Virus record (IMG/VR): IMGVR_UViG_3300046758_000611
Span: 96,001-160,000 of that record
DNA from: a virus
Direction: 5' to 3' (one strand)
DNA length: 64,000 bases
Below, in pieces: positions 1 through 9,674 of the stretch. The position numbers and the translations under genes are program-made. Each line of letters opens with the position of its first letter. Within the stretch, counting starts at the first letter, position 1. Under the pieces are notes generated by a model that saw nothing but the letters and a program-made list of their open reading frames with translations, was not told where the DNA came from and did no database searches.

Positions 1-493
1 GACATTCTTTTTGTGTGTATTTTATATCAAAGTGTTGTAAAAGAAACAGTGAACGATCCGTGACTCCCATCCAATGAATATCTGTATTCATCTTATATAC
101 CTTTCCTTGGTTTTTAATATGCCACTCACTGTCGTTTGGTGTATATTGCTCACCCTCAAGAGAACCAAGTTTACCTAAGTCGTGGTTTAGTGCAGAAAAT
201 AGCAACTCATCATCTGTGAAGTCAATTCTTGCACCCATGCTTTGAAGTAAAACCTTTTGACCTCTAGCTGCCTTACATACATTCATTACATGGTCTATAT
301 ACCCCCCTGCATAACAATTATGATAATGGATTGTGCCACTTGCAGGCGCAATAAGTGCTCTTAGACCAAGACACCCCTCATCAGTTCCGTACATATGTAA
401 CAGTTTTTCTTGTCGTTCACCTTCAAAGGTATCCTCAATAAACCTTAAAAATGATTTGTAGTTTTCTTCTAATTGATTTTCTGTATAGTTCAT
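1..493 (-). CDS. HD-domain phosphohydrolase (partial; runs off the window start)
   Basis: Not in the ORF track. Manual translation from ATG 493: MNYTENQLEENYKSF...APASGTIHYHNCYAGGYIDHV...ALNHDLGKLG, with H...HD metal ligands. The frame is open to the window edge. Confidence 0.8.
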   Translation of the reverse strand, partial: MNYTENQLEENYKSFLRFIEDTFEGERQEKLLHMYGTDEGCLGLRALIAPASGTIHYHNCYAGGYIDHVMNVCKAARGQKVLLQSMGARIDFTDDELLFSALNHDLGKLGSLEGEQYTPNDSEWHIKNQGKVYKMNTDIHWMGVTDRSLFLLQHFDIKYTQKEC

Positions 494-527
494 AATCCCA
501 TTATATTATATAATTCTGGGAGTTAAG

Positions 528-1886
528 TCAATTAAAAATAGAATATATGTTCTGAAGAGCATTTTGTTGCTCTTCTATACCAAGTTTCTGTATGTCTTCT
601 AGGAGGTTACTATATGCTTGTTTGGTTTGTTTTAAAATTAAGTCAGACGATATTAAAAAACACCCACTTGTGGTTGTTTGTTTATTTTTTATAAACCTAG
701 TTTTTTCCGGAAACAACCACTCAAAATCTGCGTTGCGTTGTTCATACTTTTGTAAGTTAATGTTTTTTATTTTGTTTTTTAACAAAATTATATCTTTTTT
801 ATTTTTAGAAAATAAATTATTAGCAAATAATAAAGTTTGATTTATTTCAAAGTTATCGTAATTTCGTACTATATACTTTATGTAATATGTTATCGCACTC
901 TTTTTTATTTTGGTTTTTCTCATCCCACCTCGGGTGTAAACAAGTTTAGGTTCTTCTACTATTAATGCTTTTTTTATATCTGTGTTTTCGGTCTCAATTT
1001 CTTCTAAATAATCAACGCAGATAATCCCATGTTTGGGTCGTTTCCATACTAAATTTGTTTTATTTGCTTCTTTATTACCTATCTGAGGTTTATGAATTAT
1101 AGTAGGGATTGTTGTTTTTTTATTTTGTCGTGATCTGTGTTCTATTCTTATATTATTTGGTATATTTTTAACAGTGTCCACGGAAACTCTGTTTGTCGGT
1201 TTATTAAAAGTACCACCGAGGTTCTCAAACAAGGTACGATTGTATATAGCATTGGATTTACTTGCTTTGTCGTGGTATAAATGAAAAGCCTGCCGGTCTA
1301 CGAATGATTTGATGTTTTCCTCCTTTAACCGATTTTGAACAAAATCAAGATCTTGAAAACCCCACCCTCTAAAGTCCTCATTCATACCACCCACATCATT
1401 GAATGTTTCGGTTTTTACTATAAAACTGTATTTTCCGTCTTGTGAATTTGATATATATTCTTTGTTTTGAAGTTCTAGTTTATTTAGACTATATAAAGAT
1501 TCTGTTTCAAGTTTATCTAACAAAACTACATTGGAGAACGGACGAATAAAGTCAGAGTATTGATGATGTGTATTTTTTACTTGTTCAATAATGTAATTAT
1601 AGTCTGTGTAAAAATCCGCATCCATAACCCAACCATACTTGGTTGATATACTTTTAAATGCTTTATTTATTAATAATGATTTGTTGAAATAATCAATATC
1701 TAGTTTTTCACACGTATATGAAACATAATTAAATCTTTTTAAGAATTTTTCAACTACCAAACTTTGTGTAGATTCTTGTTCATAAACAAGTATTTTGGAG
1801 TTTACGTTTCTAAGTTGCTTTATCAGGAAGCAAAAGTTATTGAATCTATATCCCCTTAAATTGTAAACTGGTATTACTATCGTCAT
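528..1886 (-). CDS. glycosyltransferase (GT2/GT7-like) with an extra C-terminal domain
   Basis: IVIPV start, FNKSLLINKA, DxD (DAD), GGMNEDFRGWGFQDLDF and AFHLYH are typical of the galactosyltransferase C-terminal region. The C-terminal YIKYIVRNYDN resembles DUF3431. Confidence 0.75.
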   Translation of the reverse strand: MTIVIPVYNLRGYRFNNFCFLIKQLRNVNSKILVYEQESTQSLVVEKFLKRFNYVSYTCEKLDIDYFNKSLLINKAFKSISTKYGWVMDADFYTDYNYIIEQVKNTHHQYSDFIRPFSNVVLLDKLETESLYSLNKLELQNKEYISNSQDGKYSFIVKTETFNDVGGMNEDFRGWGFQDLDFVQNRLKEENIKSFVDRQAFHLYHDKASKSNAIYNRTLFENLGGTFNKPTNRVSVDTVKNIPNNIRIEHRSRQNKKTTIPTIIHKPQIGNKEANKTNLVWKRPKHGIICVDYLEEIETENTDIKKALIVEEPKLVYTRGGMRKTKIKKSAITYYIKYIVRNYDNFEINQTLLFANNLFSKNKKDIILLKNKIKNINLQKYEQRNADFEWLFPEKTRFIKNKQTTTSGCFLISSDLILKQTKQAYSNLLEDIQKLGIEEQQNALQNIYSIFN

Positions 1887-4324
1887 AGGTTACACAAGTT
1901 AGAGGAGTAGAAAGTATCATCCATTTGCTTAATTTCATCTAGTGTGAAATGACTTCCTCTAAGTGTACCGTTGAACTTGAAAGCAATACAACATGACGCA
2001 CGACCATCTGGTTCATTTGCATTTAGTGTTAACCTAATTGTTTTTCCTACCAATGATTCAGTTGCTCCGATTTCAATTAATGTAAATCTTGGATCATAGT
2101 CTTCCGATGTTCTATTTAAATCCGGATATGCGTGTTTTGTTGCGAGTGCACTGTTGTCGTAAATTGTCATGAATCTAGGTTCATTACCGGCCGGAAGGTT
2201 TCTTGGGTAACATAGTTGCATATTTTCTCTCATGTTTTTCCATGATACAATCATTTGACTTGTTTGGTCTATTTGTGAGAAATTATATGGTGATTTACTT
2301 GGATCAAATGTATAAAATCTTGGATCAATATTATTTCCAATTATGTCAATGTGACTTGGATCTAATATTTCAAGTATAGCAACCTCTGTTCCAGAACCCT
2401 CGGATGTAGTTGTTGATATAATGTTGTATGCGGTTTCTGGTTCACAACAAGAGGTACTATCACAGGTAACTGAAATTTCCTTTTGTGGTATTACTCTATT
2501 TGCCCAGTGGTTTGGATGAAGTTCAGAACCATCTCCGTTTACCACCTTTAGTTTAACAGGACTTGTTGTAATCCCCTCGTTTGTGTCTGTTGCAGGGAAA
2601 ATTTCAACTTCAGGTGCACCGTTCGTGAGTTTAAATGATGTAATAATTGGATTATCAAGTTCTTCACTGCTTATTTCAACAAATAGGTTTTCTGCCATTT
2701 CTATAATAGCATTACATTCGTGTGTAGAGGTTGCGTAATTAGCAATTGGTTCGTATGTATTTGTGCTTGGATTTAGTCTCAACCCATATCCTTTGTTTGC
2801 ACCTAGAATCTGATATGGACCAGACTCAAGATCAACACACGCAGATGAACTACTTCCTTCACAATCAACGCATTGATTTATAATTTCCTGCTCAGTTGGA
2901 TTAAATAAATTGTTATTGAGTCTTGTATTCTGTGTGCCAAGTTTAATGTTAAAGATAGCACCATCCGTAATATCGTTCATTTCAGATTCTGCCAAGATAA
3001 CTTCACCTGCACTTGACTCTGGTGATGTTACATATGTATTCTCAATTTCAGGTTTATCGTTTATGATTTCTTCGTTGCTTACAGTTCTACAATATTCGTC
3101 TACAACAAGATTCGGAATTCTTTCCACGGCAGGATGTTCCTCCATTATTTTTAGTCCATCGAGCAGAGTATTGTTGGGATTCATAATAGGAGTTGTTTTT
3201 ACCGCAACCCTAAGTTTTCCAACACCGTTAATTCCGTTTCTTCGTATATCCGGATTCGTACTTGCTACTCCGTATTCAGTTGATGATGCAATTATTTCTG
3301 CCTCCCAGTAGTTACAAGTTTCACTCGATGTGCCTTGTTGTGCAGCTGCTTCCTGTGCGGTACACAGTTCACCAATTGGTATATATCTTGTATAAACCTC
3401 CTGACCCTGTAGTTCGTCTCTAGGACCTACCATTCTGTCATAATCAAGTTGTATGAATAGGGGATAACGACTTGACAATGTTCCGATGTTGGTAACACGT
3501 ACTCTCCAACCACCATCAATAACTTTGGTTGTAATTGAGTATTCCTCACGCAGTTCACGACCACCGGTTGGTGATCCAGTTAGAGGACGATATGATAATA
3601 CGACTGCTTCCTTTTTTCCTGTTGCTAGGATTAGAGGTTTACTTATTGCAGGTTCAAGTGTTGTTACATTATTCGCAATTCCGTAAATACTTACTGCGTC
3701 TGGAAATGAACCATCCCATAAATAATAAACTTGCCCTGGATATAGGTCGTTTGATAATTTGTCGGAAAATGAAATCCTACCCGCCATTACAATTGTTGCA
3801 TTAAAGTTAATGGTGTCTCCGTTTTCGTCAAGTTGCTCTTGTTGCTGGGTTCCGTGACAATCTACCGAAACACTTTCAACAACACCCACAACCTCAATGA
3901 GGTGTTCCATGTCAAGTTCATTGTTAATGTCAATTGCAGCCATCGCAAGATCATATCCACCAGTTCCGTTGTTTAGTTGTGGATTCCAACGAACCGCATC
4001 ACCCACTTTGGGGCATTCGTAGTCAAGGTTCACCTTGATTGCAATTCGGTCAGACTCAAGTCCGTGTCTTTGAATTTCACGAGCAACCTCCTTGCGAATT
4101 ACTTCGTTTAGATTCTGAGGAGAACCTAAATTTGGCACTATATCTGTTGTGAGGTAGTCTTTTAGGTTTACCAACTCTTGTTGTGTGAGTTCGTTTTGCG
4201 AAACCCAGTTTACGTTTATCTGATCGGTAGATACATTTAGTCCACATGAACCACTTCCACCGGAAGCCGACCCACCGAAATTTTGACATCCTCTTAAGTT
4301 AAATGCTGATCTGTAGTTTCCCAT
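1883..4324 (-). CDS. putative virion structural protein (tail fibre or decoration)
   Basis: 813 aa, rich in Gly/Ser/Thr/Asn/Cys. Its VGDAVR...LA.A...VVGVV...IV..G.I...G.VYYL...ISKPLILATGK module is shared with 4733-6514. Confidence 0.55.
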   Translation of the reverse strand: MGNYRSAFNLRGCQNFGGSASGGSGSCGLNVSTDQINVNWVSQNELTQQELVNLKDYLTTDIVPNLGSPQNLNEVIRKEVAREIQRHGLESDRIAIKVNLDYECPKVGDAVRWNPQLNNGTGGYDLAMAAIDINNELDMEHLIEVVGVVESVSVDCHGTQQQEQLDENGDTINFNATIVMAGRISFSDKLSNDLYPGQVYYLWDGSFPDAVSIYGIANNVTTLEPAISKPLILATGKKEAVVLSYRPLTGSPTGGRELREEYSITTKVIDGGWRVRVTNIGTLSSRYPLFIQLDYDRMVGPRDELQGQEVYTRYIPIGELCTAQEAAAQQGTSSETCNYWEAEIIASSTEYGVASTNPDIRRNGINGVGKLRVAVKTTPIMNPNNTLLDGLKIMEEHPAVERIPNLVVDEYCRTVSNEEIINDKPEIENTYVTSPESSAGEVILAESEMNDITDGAIFNIKLGTQNTRLNNNLFNPTEQEIINQCVDCEGSSSSACVDLESGPYQILGANKGYGLRLNPSTNTYEPIANYATSTHECNAIIEMAENLFVEISSEELDNPIITSFKLTNGAPEVEIFPATDTNEGITTSPVKLKVVNGDGSELHPNHWANRVIPQKEISVTCDSTSCCEPETAYNIISTTTSEGSGTEVAILEILDPSHIDIIGNNIDPRFYTFDPSKSPYNFSQIDQTSQMIVSWKNMRENMQLCYPRNLPAGNEPRFMTIYDNSALATKHAYPDLNRTSEDYDPRFTLIEIGATESLVGKTIRLTLNANEPDGRASCCIAFKFNGTLRGSHFTLDEIKQMDDTFYSSNLCNL

Positions 4325-4325
4325 C

Positions 4326-4730
4326 TTATGAATTAAAATCTAAATTAAGTGTTTTTAGTGGTTTTTGTAGTGAAAGTTGCCATATAGGTTCTGTGTTGTT
4401 GTCTTCAAACAATCGTCTATATACATATATATTTTCAACTTTAGTATTTAGTTTACCATCTACAACATTTTGAGAAATATATGTTACATACGCATGATCA
4501 CCCTCTGAACCAAAACCATAAATCCCTTGCCATGGCCATACTGCATTTAAGTAGTTTTTTATTTGTACATCGTGGTGAATTTTCTTGGCAAGATTTTCTT
4601 CAACGAGATTTCCCTCAGAATCGTATGTTTCATCACCTGTATGTATGTGACACCCTTCACCTGTTTCTGTACACCCATAAAATGTGAAGTGTTTATATCT
4701 AAAATTTCCTATATCGTACAATGAACCCAT
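4326..4730 (-). CDS. hypothetical protein (probably structural)
   Basis: Packed between two structural-type genes. Weakly similar to the C-terminus of 4733-6514. Confidence 0.5.
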   Translation of the reverse strand: MGSLYDIGNFRYKHFTFYGCTETGEGCHIHTGDETYDSEGNLVEENLAKKIHHDVQIKNYLNAVWPWQGIYGFGSEGDHAYVTYISQNVVDGKLNTKVENIYVYRRLFEDNNTEPIWQLSLQKPLKTLNLDFNS

Positions 4731-4732
4731 TT

Positions 4733-6514
4733 TTAAACCTTTCTCCAGTTGCCCCCTATTGTACCCACACCACCACTAATTTTTTGATATTTATAGTTAG
4801 TAATAGTTTTGGATGTAAAATTAATTAAAACAATATTTGCCAAATCGGACTCAGTTGCATCCTCCCATAGACTATTTAGTTGTTCACTATAAACAAGTTG
4901 AGTTTCGGAATCTGCCCAATCACTTACATGAAATGTGCGTTCTTCACTTTTAACACTAAAGCAGGTTTCTGTTTGAAATACTTCTGCTAAATTACAAGTA
5001 TCTATTGTGCTTGGGTATGTGGGACGATCAAGTAATACAATTCTATCATCGTCAATAGCATGAAATACAGGTTTTGAATAAGCACCAACACTTCCGTCAC
5101 CAGTTCTTCTAAAAAAGGGATTATGCAATGTACTGTTTCTAAATGGAGTTATTTCTCCAAAAATATCCTTAAATTGATCTTCTTGTTGTGGTGTGGTTAC
5201 ACTTTCAGGGAAAGAAGCACTTTCAGTTGGACTTAAATAATTGGATATTTCGTGTGATGTATAATCATAAATAGTATTTCTAACGATCCCCGTTTTTAGA
5301 TTTGGGTTAATATTAGATTGATTATTAATTTCATAAGCATCAAGGTAGTATGTATATCCTTTCTTAAAAATTTTATCTACTCCAGTTGGTTTGTCAAATT
5401 TTATCATCCCACTTGTTTGGATTTGAAAGTAGTCTGATGTGGCCACAATAACCATACCAAGAATTTCGGAAGCATATGCATCTTCACCATCAGGTAAATT
5501 ATTTGAATCTGTTTTCTGTGCGGCTGCGTTACTTAAAACATATGGTGACTCCCCTGTGGCAGCCCCAAGGTTGTCTGGTTTTACTATTTCAGGATTCTCA
5601 TCTGAATATATAACGATTCCATCTGAGTTGATTCTTGGTTGGTGGTTTCGTTTTACTCTTACAATATCTCCAACTTTTATGTCACTACATGATGCAGTAT
5701 ACTCTATAATAAACTTTTTTGCCTCTTCTTCGTCCCCTTCACATATGAGTCCACGATAGTTCACAATTACTCCAGATTGCTTTCCGGTTGCAATGAGCAT
5801 TGGTTTTGATACATGAACTCCGGTTGTTTGTAGTGAGGTTGATGGATCAAATTCAGCAAGACATCCTTGTGTACCTAGAAAATATGTTCTTCCGTCAACT
5901 AACTCACTCTGAAGAGGGGGTTCATTACCAGACAATGTTTCGTTTTCAATAAAGACAAGTTCTTCAAAGTCAATGTGACCATTGAATACAATGTTTATAT
6001 AGTGTTCTGTTTCAGATGAGTTTTCAGATTCAACCTGTTTAATCTTACGAATAATACCAACGGCTTCTGCACTATCAACATCACCAGATGTGGCCTTTTT
6101 GTATACAACCTGTCCTGTTGAAATAACCCCACGTGTAATTACGTCACCAACTCTGTAGTTCTCTATTGGATCAAAGTTTGAAATATTTACAGAAATCTCG
6201 GCTGCTCCAGGTGCATCTGTAAACTCTAGACCACTTGCGTCATCTTTGATTTTAATATACCCCCCTTCAAATCCTGTGTATTCATTGGGGACATCGGCAA
6301 GGTTCTTTAAGTTTATACCAACATCACCCTGTTGAAGTGTTGCGAGTTCCGATGCCAGAGTTGACGCCGATATTGCTTTAGTTTCACCGGTTGAAGATGA
6401 ACCATATGATGGAACAGCATCACGATCTACTACAAGTAAGAGATCATTAGATGATAGTGGATCTGAATCTCCTCCTAATAGTTTCTTTAAATCTGTAATT
6501 TTTTGGTTTGCCAT
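4733..6514 (-). CDS. putative virion structural protein (tail fibre-like)
   Basis: MANQKITDL N-terminus typical of phage fibre proteins, an LKNLADVP..Y motif, and two copies of the VGD...SKP module. Confidence 0.6.
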   Translation of the reverse strand: MANQKITDLKKLLGGDSDPLSSNDLLLVVDRDAVPSYGSSSTGETKAISASTLASELATLQQGDVGINLKNLADVPNEYTGFEGGYIKIKDDASGLEFTDAPGAAEISVNISNFDPIENYRVGDVITRGVISTGQVVYKKATSGDVDSAEAVGIIRKIKQVESENSSETEHYINIVFNGHIDFEELVFIENETLSGNEPPLQSELVDGRTYFLGTQGCLAEFDPSTSLQTTGVHVSKPMLIATGKQSGVIVNYRGLICEGDEEEAKKFIIEYTASCSDIKVGDIVRVKRNHQPRINSDGIVIYSDENPEIVKPDNLGAATGESPYVLSNAAAQKTDSNNLPDGEDAYASEILGMVIVATSDYFQIQTSGMIKFDKPTGVDKIFKKGYTYYLDAYEINNQSNINPNLKTGIVRNTIYDYTSHEISNYLSPTESASFPESVTTPQQEDQFKDIFGEITPFRNSTLHNPFFRRTGDGSVGAYSKPVFHAIDDDRIVLLDRPTYPSTIDTCNLAEVFQTETCFSVKSEERTFHVSDWADSETQLVYSEQLNSLWEDATESDLANIVLINFTSKTITNYKYQKISGGVGTIGGNWRKV

Positions 6515-6571
6515 TGATTAAGTTGTATCAGTATAAATATACATATATTTTTATATTTCTATAAATATAAT

Positions 6572-7315
6572 CTATTTTAAACTTTTTATCTTCTTAACGA
6601 TAAATTTCACAAGTTCACTACGAACAATGTCATCTTCGTTGAATTCAAAGCATCTAATTCCTTGCTTTTTTGATTCATCATCTGAAAATAATTTAGTTAT
6701 TTGCGTGAATCCACTTTTGTTTCCAATATCACTCTGCATATCATCACCACATATAAAAACTTTAGTATTTGGGCCTATTCTGGTTATTGTGGTTATAATT
6801 TCTTTTTCTGTTAAATTCTGTGCTTCATCAATTAAGATAAATTTATCTTCCCAACTTGCACCTCGCAGAAATCCAACTGGTATTCCATATATTCGTTCTT
6901 CACCCTGTAGGTATCTTACATCTACCGGTGATAAAAATTCTTGTAGTTTATCTTTAAATGGTTCTAGGTACGGTGCCATTTTATCATCCTGTGCCCCTGG
7001 TAGAAAACCCAACTTAGAGTCTGAACTTTCTACAGCACTTCTTATATAAACCATTTCAGATACTAATTGCTGATTCATTAATTCCAACCCACAATAAACA
7101 CTTATATATGTCTTGGAACACCCTGCAGGACCTGGTATAAAAACAATTTTTGTTTTTGGGTCAAGTGCTACATCTATAAATTTTTTCTGCTTGTCCGTGA
7201 ACTTCTTATGAGATATATTAAGTGGTCTTGAGAGTCTGTTGTTTTCAATAGACTCAAGTAAATGACATTCGTTAATTGTGTTTTTTGCAACTGTTTTGGA
7301 TTTTTTTCTTGACAT
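6572..7315 (-). CDS. phoH: PhoH-family ATPase
   Basis: GPAGCSKT Walker A variant, LGFLPG...K, FLRG, IDEAQN, TRIG, GDDMQSD and DIVRS motifs. Confidence 0.93.
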   Translation of the reverse strand: MSRKKSKTVAKNTINECHLLESIENNRLSRPLNISHKKFTDKQKKFIDVALDPKTKIVFIPGPAGCSKTYISVYCGLELMNQQLVSEMVYIRSAVESSDSKLGFLPGAQDDKMAPYLEPFKDKLQEFLSPVDVRYLQGEERIYGIPVGFLRGASWEDKFILIDEAQNLTEKEIITTITRIGPNTKVFICGDDMQSDIGNKSGFTQITKLFSDDESKKQGIRCFEFNEDDIVRSELVKFIVKKIKSLK

Positions 7316-7359
7316 GGTCTTGTTTAACTTTCATTCTATTAGCTAACTATTACTACTTA

Positions 7360-7668
7360 TTAGTCTTTAATATCTATTTCTACTATTTTTATTAATTTAT
7401 TTATAATATTACATTTTTCATATTCTTCAATAGAAACATAGTAGTCTAGTAAATTTTTAAGATTGGATATGTAGTTTTTCTTTTTAATTAGGATTTCCAA
7501 ATTAGTATCAGAAAACTTAAAAAAGTATATTTTATCGCATACGTCATTTTCTTTTATATGCTCACAGAACACTTTAAAAATGTGATCCATATATTCTGGT
7601 TTTCTCTTTTTTAAATCAATATCGAGGTCAGAATTGTTATTTGGTATTGTAAATTTTTCAGAACTCAT
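7360..7668 (-). CDS. hypothetical protein
   Basis: 102 aa ORF with a UVR-like EEYEKC C-terminal helix and a TACTTAT motif 5 nt upstream. Confidence 0.6.
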   Translation of the reverse strand: MSSEKFTIPNNNSDLDIDLKKRKPEYMDHIFKVFCEHIKENDVCDKIYFFKFSDTNLEILIKKKNYISNLKNLLDYYVSIEEYEKCNIINKLIKIVEIDIKD

Positions 7669-7705
7669 TATATATAAGTATATTACTTAACATTAAATTT
7701 CAGAA

Positions 7706-8113
7706 ATGGGTGTTTTTAAATTCTATAAAAATAAAAAAGATGACAATGAAGGTCAACAGTCTAACGAAAAAACAGACAATAAATCTAACGAGCCGTCTAA
7801 GCAATTAGAAAATAAATCTTCACAAGAACCAAACAAAACTTACTATGAATCGGAGTCAGAAAAGTTAGGTTTCAAGAAGTTGGCAAAGAATCTTTCACAA
7901 TCTTTGATTGCGTGGAACAAAGCAGGACGACCTATTGTTAGTACTACACAATGGGATTATCGTCTGTCTATATGTAGAGGATGTGAGTTCTGGCAAGAAG
8001 TTGGAAAAACTCAAATAGCACGTTGCAAGAAATGCGGATGCAGTAGTGGTAAACTTTTACTTGCTACAAGTTCATGTCCACTCAGTCCACCTAAATGGAA
8101 AGCATATAAATAA
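7706..8113 (+). CDS. Cys-rich putative metal-binding protein
   Basis: RLSICRGC...CKKCGC...K...SSCPL...KW pattern (DUF6171-like). Confidence 0.6.
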   Translation: MGVFKFYKNKKDDNEGQQSNEKTDNKSNEPSKQLENKSSQEPNKTYYESESEKLGFKKLAKNLSQSLIAWNKAGRPIVSTTQWDYRLSICRGCEFWQEVGKTQIARCKKCGCSSGKLLLATSSCPLSPPKWKAYK

Positions 8114-8164
8114 TATAAAAAAGACTTTTTATAATTTTTATTAAAGAAAAGTAATATTAGTAAA

Positions 8165-8171
8165 TATTTAT
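8165..8171 (+). promoter_or_regulatory. TA(T/C)TTAT putative phage promoter motif (representative copy)
   Basis: The same heptamer lies 4-6 nt upstream of 13 start codons on both strands (listed in findings). Confidence 0.6.
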
Positions 8172-8176
8172 GTATA

Positions 8177-8374
8177 ATGAATGATGCAAACTACAAATTA
8201 ACAACGGTAAAGGTCTTATCGGAGAATTACTCAAACTTCAAAGTTGATACCCTTAATACTGAAATGACATTACAGAAACTTGTAAATCGTGCTATTCACC
8301 TATACTTAAATGACGAAAAGTTTAAAAAGCAAGTAGATGAATCGGCACCAGTAACAAATAATTCAAAGTATTGA
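8177..8374 (+). CDS. small putative ribbon-helix-helix DNA-binding protein
   Basis: LTTVKV strand followed by helices (LQKLVNRAIHLYL). Confidence 0.55.
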   Translation: MNDANYKLTTVKVLSENYSNFKVDTLNTEMTLQKLVNRAIHLYLNDEKFKKQVDESAPVTNNSKY

Positions 8375-8375
8375 G

Positions 8376-8404
8376 TTGACATTGAGGTGGTGATTGCCTA
8401 CATT
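8376..8404 (+). promoter_or_regulatory. sigma70-type promoter
   Basis: TTGACA-17 nt-TACATT, ending 6 nt before GTG 8411. Confidence 0.65.
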
Positions 8405-8410
8405 GGGTAG

Positions 8411-9673
8411 GTGCGAAAAAGAAAAGTAGTTATAGTAAGTGATGATATAAGGTATCCATCTGGAGTATCTAATATAACAAAACAAATTATATTAGGAACT
8501 CAGAGTGATTTTGATTGGGTTCAAATAGCAGCTAATAGTACGGAACGAGAAAATAACACAGTTATTGATGTATCGGAGTCTGTTAAGTCAATTACAAAAC
8601 TGAGTGATGCTTATACTCGTTTGTATTGTACGCACGGGTACGGTAACTATGCAACATTTAATAAGGTAATAACAAGTGAGAATCCCGATTTACTTTTGCA
8701 TATGTCAGATCCACATTATTTTGATTGGATTTATGAAAATGAATACGAAATAAGAAAAAAAATACCAATAGGTTATTATCATGTGTGGGACAACTTCCCA
8801 TCTCCAACCTTTAATGAATGTGTATATAAAAGTTGTGACACGATTGCAACTATAAGTAAACTTACGAACAAAGTAGTAAAAGATATAATCGGTGAAGAGG
8901 TTTTAACTCAATATATTCCACATGGTGTTGACACCGACATATATAAAAAACTTGATGATAAAAATATTATTAATTGTCGTAAAAATTTATTAGACACAGA
9001 GTGTGAGTTTGTTCTATTTTGTAACAATAGAAATTTAAAAAGAAAACAATTACTGACTTTATTAGAATCGTATAATTTATTTTGCGATAAAATAGGACAT
9101 AGCAAAGCAGATAAAACTCTTCTCTTGATTCACACAAATCCAATTGGAAAGCACACATCGAATTTATATGAAGCATCTGAGTACATAAGCACACATGGAA
9201 ATGTGAAATTTTCCGAAACGGTGGTGTCGGAGCAAACACTCTGTCAAATGTATAATGTAGCAAATGTAACCATTAATATAGCAAGCAATGAAGGTTTTGG
9301 TTTATCAACATTAGAATCTCTTGCGTGTGAAACACCGATCATAGTTAACAAAACAGGTGGTCTGTCCGAGCAAATTGATGATAACAATTCATGGGGTATA
9401 GGAATAGAACCAACACATAAAGTTCTGAACGGAAGTCCAAAAGTACCGTTCATATACGAAGATTACACCAATAAAGAATCAACATCAGATGCTATTTTGG
9501 AGATGTATAATTACAGTGAAGAAACACGAAACGAAATGGGAAATGCTGGTAGAAAATTTATAAAATCAAACAATTATACATCAAGTGACATGATCCGTGA
9601 CTTTAAGAATTACATAAACACAACTATTGATAATTTTTCCCCAAGAAAAGACTATACAGTAACCAAATTTTAG
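8411..9673 (+). CDS. GT4 (GT-B fold) glycosyltransferase
   Basis: YIPHGVD, NRN..RK, NEGFGLSTLES and TGGL.EQ motifs. Confidence 0.9.
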   Translation: MRKRKVVIVSDDIRYPSGVSNITKQIILGTQSDFDWVQIAANSTERENNTVIDVSESVKSITKLSDAYTRLYCTHGYGNYATFNKVITSENPDLLLHMSDPHYFDWIYENEYEIRKKIPIGYYHVWDNFPSPTFNECVYKSCDTIATISKLTNKVVKDIIGEEVLTQYIPHGVDTDIYKKLDDKNIINCRKNLLDTECEFVLFCNNRNLKRKQLLTLLESYNLFCDKIGHSKADKTLLLIHTNPIGKHTSNLYEASEYISTHGNVKFSETVVSEQTLCQMYNVANVTINIASNEGFGLSTLESLACETPIIVNKTGGLSEQIDDNNSWGIGIEPTHKVLNGSPKVPFIYEDYTNKESTSDAILEMYNYSEETRNEMGNAGRKFIKSNNYTSSDMIRDFKNYINTTIDNFSPRKDYTVTKF

Positions 9674-9674
9674 T

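Noticed and set aside
6533-6539. T4 late promoter TATAAATA
   Set aside because: The match here and at similar sites is on the strand opposite to the adjacent gene. The sense-strand motif is TATTTAT, reported separately.
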